A stretch of 64,000 nucleotides of DNA from Blastocystis sp. ATCC 50177/Nand II (lineage: Eukaryota): NCBI GenBank assembly GCA_039096935.1, contig JBBPEE010000035.1:496001-560000 (forward strand). Direction: 5' to 3'. This document shows positions 11,307 to 24,298 of the stretch, in pieces (within the stretch, counting starts at the first letter, position 1; every line of letters begins with the position of its first letter). Below the pieces are notes generated by a model. That model saw only the letters and a program-made list of their open reading frames with translations. It was not told the DNA's origin and made no database searches. A program made the translations under genes and the position numbers.

Positions 11307-14300
11307 ATTCTACAACATCCATCTCCTTCCACTGCTCCATGTAGCTCTGTCTCCTCACCTCGTACCACTGACTCACAATCTGCATCATGTGCGTCACGTC
11401 CTTCACCTCAAAGCTCTTCACCTCCTCCTCCTCCTTCCGCTCACACGGGTAGTACTCGTTCTCCACCAACGCCAGCTTCACCGGCTTCTCCAACAACACA
11501 TCCATAATCGGCTTCAGCTCCGCACACTCGCGGAACAAACTCGCACGGCAGAACACGTACAGGCCCAGCTTCGCGCGCGACACGCCCACCAGCAGGCGCC
11601 GCACGTCTCGCAGATATCCCACCGAGCGCGTGCGCACCAGCGACAGAAGCACGATCTCGTTCTGCTGGCCCTGGTACTTGTCGATCGTCGTCACCTTCCT
11701 CGGCATGCCGAACAGCGGGTTCTTCTTGCACCGCTCCTTCAGCTTCGCCTGGATGCACTCGCGCTGGCTCTTGTAGGCGGACAGAATCGTGATGACCTCC
11801 GCCGGGTACCCGCAGAGGCGCAAATACTCGAAGAACGCCACCACGTACTCCGCCTCACCCTCGTTCTTCACGCTGTGGTCCGCAGTGCTCACCTCGCCTT
11901 GGTTCGCATAGTCCGCCACGTCCACCACTTGACACACATACCGCAGACAGGCGTTCGCGCGCGTCGCCGTCGCCGGCAGTGCCGCGGGCAGGTTGCGCAG
12001 ATGCTCGTACCGCCACGCGAACAGGCGCGCCAGAGCGGGGCGGCAACGGCCCTGCGCGTCCAGCTGCACCGTGGGCACCTTCAGGCGGATCAGCCGCGCG
12101 AACAGCGACTGGTCCAGCCCGCAGGCGTGCGCCAGCGTCGCGCTCTGCACGATGGGCGGCAGCTGGTGGACGTCGCCCAGCAGCACCACGCGCTTCAGCC
12201 GACAGCCCTCCATGCCCGGCTCCTACGCCTTACCTGCCTCCATCACACCCACCTGTAACAGCAGCGGAATCAGCGTCTCCAGCTCCAGGATCTGCCCCGC
12301 CTCCTCCACGATCACCGTGTCCACCTTCAGCCCGCTCGCCGCCAGCTGTTGGCGCATCAGCGCCGCGTGCGTGCACGTCATCGCCACGACGCGCGCCTCC
12401 TGCGCCAGCACGAACTCCGTGCGGTGCCGGTTCGTGCGGAGCAACTCGAACGCGCGGTACTCCTTCAGCTCCGCGAACAGCTCGCGCAGACTCGCCGCAC
12501 ACCCACGCGCCCGCTCGATCTGCGCCGCCTCACTCAGGTCCCGCGGGAACAGCGGCTCCTCGCCCAGGAAGAACAGCTTGAACGGGAACAGCACGCCCAG
12601 TTCCGAGTCGTTCAGCGCCGCCCACCGCGCCGCCTGCGCCTTTTGCTCCTTCGACGCGTTCGCGTGCAGCGCGCGACACTGCGCCTTCTCCGCCTCGCTC
12701 GCCTCGCCCGCCAGCACGCGCTCCAGCGCTTCCAGCCGCGGCCGCACCGCCGACTGCTCGAAGAAGCCCGCCGTCTCGCACGAATACGCCACGTCCTCCG
12801 CCGCGCCCAGACTCACCGCCAGCCGGCGCACCTCCTCCAGCAGCGTCTGGCAGCGCCGCAGACAGAAGTCGATGCGTCCGAGGCGCGTGAAGTCCTGCTG
12901 CAGCTCCAGCTCGCGCTCGCCCTGCCCCAGCCGCAGCAGGTGCCGCTTCGCCACGGCGCGGCTCGCGATCTTCTCGAAGAGGTCGTTGAGCGCGTGGTTG
13001 CTGCGCGCCACGAACAGCACGCGCTGCTCGGGGTGGCTGCGGTACAGCGTCGCGATCAGCTGCACCGCCACGTCCGTCTTGCCCGTGCCCGGCGGGCCCT
13101 CGATCACCGTCAGGCCCTCCTGCAGTCCCGACCGGATCGCCTCCACCTGCGTCGGCGTGAACCGCACGCCCGCGCGCCGCGTCGCGGGGTGCAGCGAGAA
13201 GGGCTCGTACTCCTCGCGCCGCCCGCCCGCCGACGGCGAGCACACGATCTCGTCCTCCTCGAAAGTCAGCTTGTACGGCGGCGCCAGCGTCTCCACCGTC
13301 GCGCCGCTCTTGCTCTGGAAGCGCACGGTCATCTGCGGGAAGCTGGCGCGCACGTGCGCCGCGTCCTCGAAGGTGTCGCCGAAGTCCACGGTGCTGCTCT
13401 GCGCGAGGGCGCTGTAGTGCGCCGCCGCGGGGTTGCCGCGCCCCAGCAGCACGTTCCAGAGCCAGTGGGGAAGCGGTAGGCGGGCGGTCGGCTCGTTCAG
13501 CAGCGCTCGCGTCGTCTCCAGCACCGCCTTGAAGTTGTTCTTGGCGGGGTCGCGTCGCAGCAGCAGGTTGAAGGTCTCGTAGCGACGACGCTGCGGTTGG
13601 CGCGCCTCCTCCTCCATGTCCAGCTGGTACTGTCGCGGGTCGAACCGCACCGTCAGCTTGCGCAGCTTGCCCGCGCGCTTCAGTCGCGTGTCGGGGTGCG
13701 CCAGGTCGTTGAGCCGCACGCCCTCCTCGTCCTCCATCGCCACCACCTCACATCCGCGCAGCGTCACCACGCCCTCTTCCGCCAGGAACGCGCTGCCCTG
13801 CGCCACGACGTCGTCCTTCTCTCCCTCTCGCCCACTCTCCTTCTTCGCGCCGTACTCGTACTCGTCGTCGCGCACGCGGCCCTCCACCTGCGCCACGAAC
13901 ACCACGTCGTGCTCGCGCAGCGCCTCCCACTCCTTGCGCGTCTCGCCCTTCAGCCCGTGCAGCGAGAACAGGATCTCGCCGCGCACCTCCGCCGGCAGCG
14001 CCTCGCCCACCTGCGCTTGCCGCACCTCCGTCAGGCGGAAGGAGTGGATCGCCACGCCCATGCGCGACTGTCCCGCGAACACCGTGTCGCCCTGCAGGTC
14101 CAGCCGGCAGCGCATCGCGTGGATCGCCTCGCCCAGCTCCGCGCGCACCTGCCCGTAGGCCTCCGCCTGGTACAGCAAAAAGTTGCGCTGGAAGAAGTCG
14201 CCGTAGGACAGGTACTGCAGGTTCAGCGTCGGCAGCAGCAGCGGCGAGTCCTCCGCGTCGCGCCACAGCCGCGTCTCCGTCGGCAGCAGCGGTAATGCGT

Positions 14301-15638
14301 TGATGGTGTCCAGCGTGGAGTGCGGCCGCGCGTACTCTGTCGTGATGATTTCTGTTAGCAGCTCGGGGGAGTAGGTGGGTGTGGGTTGCATAGTGGGTTG
14401 AGAGGTGGTGGGTTGCATAGTGGGTTGAGAGGTGGTGGGTTGAGAGGTGGTGGGTTGAGAGGTGGTGGGTTGCATAGTGGGTTGCATAGTGGGTTGAGAG
14501 GTGGTGGGTTGAGTGGCAACAGGCGGAACGATACGCAGATGAACAGCAAGGTCACGGAGTTGGACAGCGGAGAGCTTGCTCAGGTGCTGCGCGAGGAAGG
14601 CGCGGTCGCCGAGCTGCTGCACCGAGGCCATGCACAGCTCCTCCAGCTCACTGCGGTAGTACCTACGCCTCACCGCCTCACCCCTCGCCCACTTGAACAG
14701 CACGCGCTGCAGCACCAGCACCTTGCGGTAGTACCGCTGCGCCGCCTGCTCCTCCGTCAGCACCGCGCCGCTCCACTCGTCCACCTCCGTGTCCGCCACC
14801 TCCTCCAGCCGACACAGCTGCTGCGCGAACACCGCCGAGGCCACGTGGGCGCAGCGACTGCGCGGCAGCAGCGCCGCGTCCTTCAGGAACACCAGCAGGT
14901 AACGGCGTGTGGTGAATTGCGAGAGCAGCTCCGTGAACAGCTCCACCACGCACTGGCAGACGGGGAGAGCGGTGGAGAGCGCGGCGAAGTAGGTGCTCAC
15001 CAGTGCGGGGAAGAAGCCGGAGGTGCGGGGCAGAGAGGGCGAGATGGCGCTCGCGGGAAGGGAAGCGAGGAGGGAGTGGGCTGCACGAATGGCCTCCACG
15101 GGGTCCTCACTGAGAGCATCGTCGTAGGTGGAGAGGAACTCCGAAACAGAAGATGGGCACTCCTTCAACGCGGCGTAGGAAGACAGCATGCGCTTTGTCT
15201 CCATCACTTCCCACGTCACTTTTAAACGCGCGTTTTGACTCAGCTCGTAATCGCGGCGGCGTTTGTGAACATGATACCACAGCTGCAGACTGCAAAGCGG
15301 CAGTACTTGCCGACGAATGCACTCCACTTCCAGCGACTAGCATTCAAACGAGATGAGCAACACCCACGCGGAAGGCGTATTTGAAGAAGGCAATCACTGT
15401 GGGGTATTCCTCCATTGTCAGTTCCCCATTCAGCACAAAATCAATCACTCGGGTGAACAGGAGGCCGAACTTGTCCTCGTCGTGGATGAACAGTTCCCAG
15501 CCTATTGCAATGAATATAGTGAAGAAACGGCTCACCATTGATGCCCTCGTCCCACTTCCTCACGATCACTTGAACGAGAGAGAGAACTGCGGCCTTGTCG
15601 GACGTATCATCAAATGAACTCCACTGCTCCAATTCCAT
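11307..15638 (-). CDS. AQR: Intron-binding RNA helicase Aquarius
   Basis: LPTLNLQYL, RRDPAKNNFKAVLET, GPPGTGKTDVAVQ, VIVEEAGQILELET, GDVHQLPP and TIDKYQGQQN. Start approximate. Stop predicted to be poly(A)-generated at 11307. Confidence 0.93.
14388..14513 (-). repeat. Coding minisatellite (15- and 12-bp units; TTSQP/TMQP)
   Basis: Repeated gggttgagaggtggt and gggttgcatagt inside AQR. Confidence 0.85.
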
Positions 15639-15823
15639 TCCGGTGAATTTGATGAAGGAAGGCAGTGAATGAGTGATTTGTGATAGGGATGCAGATAACT
15701 CTCTTTTCATAACCAGCATTGCATAGAAAGAGATTGGAGAGAAAGAGAGGGAAAGGAGGCGAGTATGACCATCAAACAGGAAATTCACTCAGATTTGAAT
15801 GTTACATAAACAAAGAGATGGGA

Positions 15824-16121
15824 TTACTGCTTCTCCTCGTGCTGCTTCTGGTATTCGGCTTCTCTGCGCTTATGACTACGATTCACTCCAATTCAGCACG
15901 CACACTCCTCGTACTGGCACTTCTCATACTCATGGCGCAATTCCTGGCACTTGTTCATGCGGTAGTAGTTCTCTCTTCTACACTCGTTCAGCTTGATGAG
16001 CACATGCGCACACACATCACGCCACGCGGGAGGAATGCGTGCAGCCTTCATTTCCTCTTCCGTGGCAATCATCTTGGCTATGGAATAAGGGGAAGAAGTA
16101 GAGAGAGTTACAGGGTTCCAT
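15824..16121 (-). CDS. NDUFB7: NADH dehydrogenase (complex I) subunit NDUFB7/B18
   Basis: Spliced (2 introns): MEPSKMIATEEEMKAARIPPAWRDVCAHVLIKLNECRRENYYRMNKCQELRHEYEKCQYEDHKRRE, a twin CX9C pattern with the B18 signature. Confidence 0.85.
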
Positions 16122-16811
16122 TGTGTTGTAGTTGCTGTAGATTGTGAGAAAACGGGAGAAGGAGTGTGAAATGGAATTGTTGGGATGTGTGGGATCGTAG
16201 GGAGAAGGGAAAGGGGAGTGGCAACGCGTTATCAGAGGATTGTATAATACACTGAAGGAAGCATTGGATGTCTTACTGACTCACCCGTCTATTCCAGAAA
16301 CCCCCATTTCACCACCATCAAATTGAGGAGTTATTATAACACTTATCAATACTCTTTCCATGCCCCTACACCATGTCATTCAATCCCACGTAGCGTTGTA
16401 AGAATTGGTGAGATGATCTACGGCCTCTTGCTATTTATATTCTTCATCGCATTATTTGCATTTCTCCCTCATTCATAGTTCTCTGCAATTCCGCCCTTAT
16501 CAACGGAGACTGTTGCATTACAAATGTGTTATAAGTGAATAGACACCATCTGACCCAGCCATTGTCCTTCCTTTGCGGAAATCAGCGACACTTCCTGTTG
16601 CACCCACGAGTATTCTATTGTGATGCCTTCCTCACACATATAGCTGCTCCGACTCCATCGCCTACTCCGTTCGTTCCTCCTCCTCTCATTACCAATCCCG
16701 TTTCTGCTTTCACTGCATATGATCGCATAGTCGTCTCTGTTTCTTGGGTACAGCGTCCAGGAATCACCTGTTCAGTCTTTCCCTAATCTGTGTATAAACT
16801 ATACGTCCTAT

Positions 16812-17921
16812 TTGAAGACGGTTACGAATGATATAGACAAACCATTTATGGTGGATTTGAATCCCGTATACAAGGAGGGTCGTCTTCTCATTTACGCTAC
16901 CATCTCTTCCATGCATTTGGGGTACAGATGGGGTGAGTATCATACGAATTTCACGTTGCTGTATGAGAATCGTATCTATGACAATCTGTATAACAAGGGC
17001 TCTCCTCTTCCAGGCTGCAATCAGCTCTTCTTCGATATCCCTGTGGCAATGCCCTTTTCTGTGGGAGACGTCATTACTGTCTCGTTATTCAACCTCAAGC
17101 TAAAACGCGCCTACAAGGATGTCCAATCGTGTGTGTCTGTTCCTGACCCCGATCCGCTTCCTTTGGCAGTCTGCAGTTACATCAGCGATTACAACACCAT
17201 TCCCGAGCTGCGCAGTTGGATCGCCTTCCAACGTGTGGTAAATGTGAGCAAGATCATGTTCTTCCAGGCCACGCCGATTCCAGGCTTCACCGAGGCATTC
17301 GATCATCTGATCCGTGAGGGCTTTGTGGAGGTGGTGGACTACACCTGGCCGCGACTGCAAAATGGCATGAAGATGCAACGCAACAACCAGCAATCCCAAG
17401 TGAACGCCTGCTTCTACAGGCTGAAGCACAGAGCGTCTGCAGTGGTGCTTTGCGACGTGGATGAGTATGTCCATAGTGAGAAGTATCCGTTCGACCTGCC
17501 GGAGGTGGTTCGGTACACACGGAGGACGCATCCTGAGTATGATCTCGTGACGGTAGTTATGTGAATGATGCATAATGTACAGATGGGTACCAATCGGTAC
17601 ACGAACAAGGAAAACGACCCGACACAGCGAGAGAAGATGTTGGAAGAGGGGAAGCTGTTCGACGCCTATCAGTACCGCCTAAGCGCCCATGCATCGGGCG
17701 CTTTCAAGATGATTGCCTTTAACGACTTTAGTGGAATGCTGAGTATTCACGTGTGCTTCTTCTGTACGGCGTGGAAAAACATTCCGTTGGAATACGCGAG
17801 AGTAGCACACTTTAAGGTGATGGTGTACAATGGCACTTATGAGCATTCCACAACCCTTTCTAGCTATTCTCCCCTTTTGCGTGAGGAAATAGCTGCCCTA
17901 AAGAAGAACGCATTGTTGTAG
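16812..17921 (+). CDS. Glycosyltransferase family 92 (DUF23)-like protein; 5' exons unresolved
   Basis: LAVC...ELRSWIAFQRVVNVSKIMFF and QQSQVNACFYR...VVLCDVDEY (DxD motif). One intron near 17553-17582. Confidence 0.6.
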
Positions 17922-18093
17922 TAGCCGTTTCTATGCTGTTTGTTTCACGCTGCAATACAGAGAAGGGCGTTTCGTTCTTTGAAAATCGCCATCGCTTTTG
18001 TCATCGGGATGATCCACGGTTCCAACCAGTAATCTCTACTGGAAACTGTACGTTTAAAGAGCGATCGTGTAATGCATAGTTCTGCAGCTAGAA

Positions 18094-19162
18094 ATGCTTG
18101 CCGTGTCTAGACAGTTGACTAAGAGCTCTGTGCGTGCTTTCGCCGTGACCCCTTATCCTGAAGCGTGGGTGAAGCTCGCCACGAAGGAACTCAAGGGTGC
18201 CTCTCCCGGTGGGTGGTGTCATTGTCACATGACAGCTAGATACCCTGTACTTCAAGACCCCCGAGGGTATCCAGATGAAGCCGCTGTTCAGAAAGTGCGA
18301 TATCGAAGACATCCAGACCGAGGACTGCCCTGCCATCTACCCCTTCACTCGTGGTCCTTACGCCACCATGTACACCAAGAAGCCCTGGACCATTCGTCAG
18401 TACGCCGGTTTCTCGACCGCTGAGGCCTCCAACGCCTTCTACCGCAAGAACCTGGCTGCCGGTCAGCAGGGTCTGTCCGTGGCCTTCGATCTGGCGACTC
18501 ACCGTGGCTACGACTCTGATCATCCTCGTGTGGTGGGTGATGTGGGTATGGCTGGTGTGGCTATCGACTCCGTGGAGGATATGAAGGTGCTGTTCAACGG
18601 TATTCCTCTGGACAAGATGTCTGTGTCGATGACGATGAATGGTGCTGTGCTTCCCATCATGGCGTTCTACGTGATTGCTGCTGAGGAGCAGGGCGTGAAG
18701 CAGGAGTTGCTGCGCGGTACGATCCAGAACGATATTCTGAAGGAGTTCATGGTGCGTAACACGTTCATCTATCCTCCTCACGAGTCGCTGCGTGTGATTC
18801 AGGATATCATGGGTTACACGTCGGTGCACATGCCGAAGTTCAACTCGATCTCGATTTCGGGTTACCACATGCAGGAGGCTGGTGCGGACGCCATGCTGGA
18901 GATGGCGTTCACGATTGCCGATGGTATTGAGTACGTGCGCACGGCCGAGGCGGCTGGCGTGTCTGTGGACAAGGTGGCTCCTCGTCTGTCGTTCTTCTTC
19001 GGCATGGGCATGAACTTCTACATGGAGGTGGCGAAGCTGCGTGCGGCGCGCCAGCTGTGGGCGAAGCGCATCCAGAAGCACTTCCACCCCGAGAACCGCA
19101 AGTCGCTGCTGCTGCGTACGCACTGCCAGACGTCGGGCTACTCGCTGACGGAGCAGGACCCG

Positions 19163-19194
<32 letters not shown>

Positions 19195-20350
19195 CATGGC
19201 GGCCGTGATGGGCGGCACGCAGTCGCTGCACACGAACGCTCTGGATGAGGCTTTGGGTCTGCCGACGGAGTTCTCGGCCCGTATCGCGCGTAACACGCAG
19301 CTGATCATCCAGGAGGAGACGGGCATCTGCAAGACGGTGGATCCTTGGGGCGGTTCGTACGTGATCGAGTACCTGACGAACGAGCTGGTGAAGGGTGCTG
19401 ACAAGATCATCGACGAGGTGGAGGCTCTGGGCGGTATGACGAAGGCCATCGCGTCGGGCATGCCGAAGCTGCGCATTGAGGAGGCGGCTGCTCGCAAGCA
19501 GGCTCGTATCGACTCTGGCAAGGAGACGATTGTGGGTGTGAACAAGTACAAGTTGCAGAAGGACGACTCGAAGGTGGAGGTGCGCGAAGTGGACAACACG
19601 GAGGTGCGCAATTCGCAGATCGCGCGTCTGAAGGACCTGAAGGCCCACCGTGATCCCGAGGCTGTGCGCCGCGCGCTGGAGGCTCTGGAATACTCGAGCA
19701 AGCTGACGGAGCCGACGGGCAAGGGCACGGACCCGAACAACCTGATGAACCTGTCGATCAACGCCGCGCGTGTGCGCTGCACGCTGGGCGAGATCTCGGA
19801 CGCTCTGGAGCACCACTGGGGCCGCTACACGCCTCACAACGAGATGGTGCACGGCGCATACCAGCAGGAGTTCGCGGAGGACTCGCAGACGAAGGAGTTC
19901 CAGGCGGTGTGCGACCGGTGCAAGGCGTTCGAGCAGAAGACGGGTCGTCGTCCTCGTGTGTACATCGCGAAGATGGGTCAGGATGGTCACGACCGTGGCG
20001 CGAAGGTGGTGGGCACGGGTCTGGCCGATATTGGCTTCGATGTGGATGTGGGTCCTCTGTTCCAGACCCCTGCTGAGGCTGCTCGTGCCGCCGTGGACGC
20101 TGATGTGCACGCTGTGGGCGCCTCCTCGCTGGCCGCTGGTCACAAGACGCTGATCCCCGAGCTGATCGAGTGTCTGAAGAAGGAGGGTCGTGACGATATC
20201 GTGGTGTTCGCCGGCGGTGTGATTCCTCCGAAGGACTACGACTTCCTGTACAAGCGTGGTGTGTCGGCTGTGTACGGACCGGGTACTCGTATCCCCACCT
20301 GCGCTAATGGTATCCTCGAGATTCTGGAGAAGAAGAACATCAAGCTGTAA
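18094..20350 (+). CDS. MMUT: Methylmalonyl-CoA mutase, copy B (complete)
   Basis: Presequence-like [17 protein letters not shown], intron 18209-18239, [17 protein letters not shown] and the cobalamin-binding GQDGHDRG motif. Confidence 0.97.
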
Positions 20351-20357
20351 GTCCTCC

Positions 20358-20373
20358 TGTTTGTTAACAAACA
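20358..20373. terminator. Palindromic bidirectional 3'-end signal TGTTTGTTAACAAACA
   Basis: Perfect 16-bp palindrome between the convergent MMUT and Hsp70 genes. Confidence 0.8.
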
Positions 20374-20377
20374 CGCC

Positions 20378-22199
20378 ACAGTTTGCTAAAACTGAGCAGG
20401 TTTTTGCGGATCAGCTGCTCACGCTCCTGACATTCGTACACCTCCGCATCCTCGTTCTCCGCCATCCACTTCTTCATGCCGTCCAGCAGGCCGCGCATCT
20501 GCCCGATCCACTCGATCGTCATCCGCCGGTCGCGGTCGTGCAGCAGCGCGTAGCCCTCCTCCACCACGCACTCCAGCGTGTTCATCGCCACGTGCCGCGC
20601 CACCATGTCCTCGTCGCGCGCCCGCATGCGCTCCGCCTCCTCTACCAGCGCGCTGCGCTGCTCCTCCGTCAGCCGCAGCGGCGACTTCTCGTTCTTCTTG
20701 TCCAGGTTGATGTTGAAGGTGCTGCGCCGGTGCGTCACGCTCTCCGTGGCGATCACCTGCAGGTGGTAGTCCTCGCTCAGCGTCATCGTCACGCTGACCA
20801 CCGTCTCGTCGCCCGTGCCCAGCTGCAGGTCCGCCAGCTTCACCACGCCCAGCACCACGTTGTCGCGCACCAGCCGCCGCTCGCCCATCGCCACACGGAA
20901 CTCCACCCACGACTGGTAGTCGGTAGGCGTCACGAACTCGTAGGAGCACACGGCGGGCAGCGGCGCGTTGATAGGAATCATCACCTCCATCAGCCCGCCC
21001 TGCGTTTCGATGCCGAAGCTCTCCACTGCCACCTCGGGGAACGCGCGCAGCCGCTGCGTGGCCGCCACGGCCGCCATGATGGCGCCGCCCATGGCTACGG
21101 CCTCGTCGGGGTTCACGCTCTTGCACATCTTGCTGCTGGGGAAGTACTTGTGGAGCAGCTGCTGGATGCGCGGGATGCGCGTGCTGCCGCCCACGAGGAC
21201 GATGCCGTCGATCATCTCCTTGGTGAGATTGGCCTTGGTCAGTGTGTTCTCCAGCACCTGGATGGTGCGGTTGAACAGGTCCTTGTTCAGGTTCTCGAAG
21301 AGGAAGCGGGAGACCGAGTAGGTGAAGTCGCTGTTCTCGAACTCGATCAGCGATGATGATGTCACCGACAGCTCGATCTTGCACGCCTCCACCGCGCTGT
21401 GCATGCGCGCGCGCCACAGACGGTCCTTGGACATGTCCACGCCCTTGTCCTGCTTGTATTTGAAGAACAGGTAGTCGATCAGTTTGTTGTCGAAATCCTC
21501 GCCGCCGAGGTGGTTGTCGCCGTCGCTCGCCAGCACGTTCACCTTCTGCTTGCCGACCTCGAGGATGGAGACATCGAAGGTGCCGCCGCCGAGATCGTAC
21601 ACGAGAATTCGCTGCGTTGTCTCGCTCTGCTCGAAGTTGTATGCCAGCGCGGCCGCAGTGGGCTCGTCCAGGATGCGGAGGACATTGAAGCCGGCGATGT
21701 GAGCCGCCTTCTCCGTCGCTTTCCGCTGCGAGTCGTCGAAGTACGCGGGCACGGTGATCACCGCGTCCTTGATGCTCTTTCCCAGAAAGTTCTCGGCCTG
21801 TACCTTCAGGTAGTGCAGAATCATGGCACTGATCTCTTCAGGAGTGAATGACTTCTTTCCAGAGGATGAATTCTCGATGGTAATGAGCGGATTGCCGTCA
21901 GGATCGGACAGGACTTGGAACGGCCACGCGGCGACGTCCTGCTGAATCTCCGGATCCGATACCTTGCGACCGATCAGACGCTTGCAGTCGTACACCGTGT
22001 TTTTGTAGTTCGACGTCTTCTTCTTTGCCGCACTATTTCCAATCAACGTCTCCGTCGGGAGGAAGGAAACGATCGAGGGCGTCGTTCTCTTTCCCACCTC
22101 ATTGGGAACAATCGCTATTTGGCCGTTCTTCCAGACGGCCACGCAAGAATTCGTCGTTCCCAAGTCTATGCCCACAACATCATAACCGCTGTCATTCAT
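20378..22199 (-). CDS. Divergent Hsp70-family protein (intronless, no EEVD)
   Basis: GIDLGTTNS, TVPAYF, EPTAAA, DLGGGTFD and GGSTRIP. Stop predicted to be poly(A)-generated. Confidence 0.9.
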
Positions 22200-22403
22200 T
22201 TTGGCGTGAACGGGCTTTCGCTGCGAGGATCGAAATTGTGGGGGCAGGAGGGGGGACGGTTGGTGAAGGCTCTTTTGGATCCTTGCCTTTTCTGTCTCTC
22301 GGAAGGAGTGCCTGTGCTATGGAATCATCATGTGTAGTGTTCTGTTCGTGGTGGCTGGAATCCGAATCGCCAGTGGATTCTTCCTTATTAGCATCATTGC
22401 AAG

Positions 22404-24275
22404 AATGAGCGCATGTGGAATCCGATGAAGGGACCCTAGATACTCCTCATCGTGCGCTCCACGCGTTTGAACTGTTTTGCATAGTGGGATCCGATTGGAA
22501 GAAGTGCGGGATGGTGATTGGGTTGTATATCCGCCGTCTTCGTGCCATGTCAAGTGCCCTCTTCGTCTGCGAGAGCGTCAATCACAAAAGAATAATTATC
22601 CGAATGGACTCGTTCGTTGATTGTATTAGTTGCTGTGAACCGACGTCTCTGCCGCAATTGCTCGAGCAGAGCAACGACCAGCGCATGCAGACTCTTGGCG
22701 TTGTTGTACGCAAAGCGTGTCACGCATAGACACTGACGACTCTCGTGCTGAAGTCATTCTCAAGCAAAAGCGTGTGGGGAATGAAGCGCTGCTGGAACTG
22801 CCGCGACCTCCGCCTGATGGGCCTGAACGAGGCTGACTTCTACAGCTGCATCTGCAGTCTCCCCACCATCACCGAGTCGTGGGTCCTGCAGCACGGCAAG
22901 GAGTGCGCCCTCAAGTCGATCACCATCGACAGTGGTCGTTGTTGCAGCCGCTGACCCACAGACTGCGCCATCTGCCACGAGGCCTTCGAGGCGCTCTACC
23001 ACTGCTTCCGAACGCCCTGCTTCGCCTGCCTGACGAAGCTCGAAATCAAGCCGGCGGAGTCGGACAAGGCCTCACGCCTCACCGACAAGCACTGGACGGT
23101 CATCTGCGACCAGCTGCGCTCGGGCGCCTGCCCCGACCTCGAGCGCATCCACCTGCCCGGGAATGCCATTGGCTGCGCGGGCGTGGAGGCGCTGATCGGC
23201 GTGTACCAGCAGGGCAGCATCAAGCGCTGCGCGGCGCTGGACCTCTCGGGCAACGGCATCGGCGACAAGGGTGCCACGGCGCTGGCGCGCATCTTCGACG
23301 ACGCGTCGCTGTGCGAGTGCCTGGAGTGCCTGGACCTGAGCCGGAACCGCATCCGCTCCAAGGGCTTCGACGCGCTGCTGACACAGTTCGGGGCCGTAAC
23401 GCACAAGTGCCTGCACACGCTCGTCCTCGCGCACAACTCCCCCAAGACGGCCAGCATCCAGTGTCTCTGCCGCGTGCTCGAAAGCGGGTGCTGCCCCCAG
23501 CTGCGCTGCCTGGACCTCTCGGGCCTGCCGCTGAAGGCGCCGTGCTCCATCTCCTTCGCGAGTGCGATCCGCGCCGGTGCGTTCAAGTACCTGGAGGAGC
23601 TGCGGCTGTGCGACTGCCGGCTGAACGTGGAGAGCCTGGAGCACATCGCCCGGGCGGTGGTGGACGCGCCGCTGCAGATGCTGAAGACGCTGTGCCTGGC
23701 GTGCAACCGCTTCAAGCAGCAGAGCATCCAGGTGCTGGCGACGGTGCTGCAGCGGTCTTGCCTGCCCTCGCTCACCTGCCTGGACCTGAGCTGCAACCGC
23801 ATGAACGACGCGAGCGTGCAGGAGCTGAACAACCAGTACGAGGACGACGTGCTGGCACAGGTGGAGGTGCTGGACCTCAGCGACAACCAGATCGGCAACG
23901 AGGGCGCCTTCATGATCTTCGACAACGTGCGCCACCGCCAGTGGGCCAGTCTGCGCGACCTGAATCTGGAGCGTGGGCGCTGTAAGGCGGGCTGAGGCGT
24001 AGGGAACAAGTTCACGGCGGTGACGTCGGTGCAGCTGCGCTCGCTGCTGGAGATGGAGAACCAGCTGGAGACGATCCGCCTGACCGACATGACGAAGCGG
24101 CGGGCGAACGTGCCGCTGTACCGCCAGGAGGCGGTGATGAACCCCAAGCCGGAGGAGAAGGAGACGGAGGAGGAGGTGGACCCCGACGTGAACCTGCTGA
24201 AGAACCTGGACATCTCCGACGCCATCGTGCCGTCGATCCAGCCGGTGCAGGGCGAGGCGACCACCCCCATCGCGT
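22404..24275 (+). CDS. RI-like leucine-rich-repeat protein
   Basis: Repeated LxxLDLSxNxIG units with ~30-nt introns. Start uncertain. Stop predicted to be poly(A)-generated at 24275. Confidence 0.75.
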
Positions 24276-24298
24276 GGACTGTTTGTAACAAACACTCG

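Noticed and set aside
18236..20374. Long antisense and alternate-frame ORFs (also 14-901, 28859-31138, 33338-35074, 44218-46413, 54284-56476, 62826-63743)
   Set aside because: Shadow ORFs caused by extreme GC3 bias opposite or overlapping real genes; no recognisable motifs.
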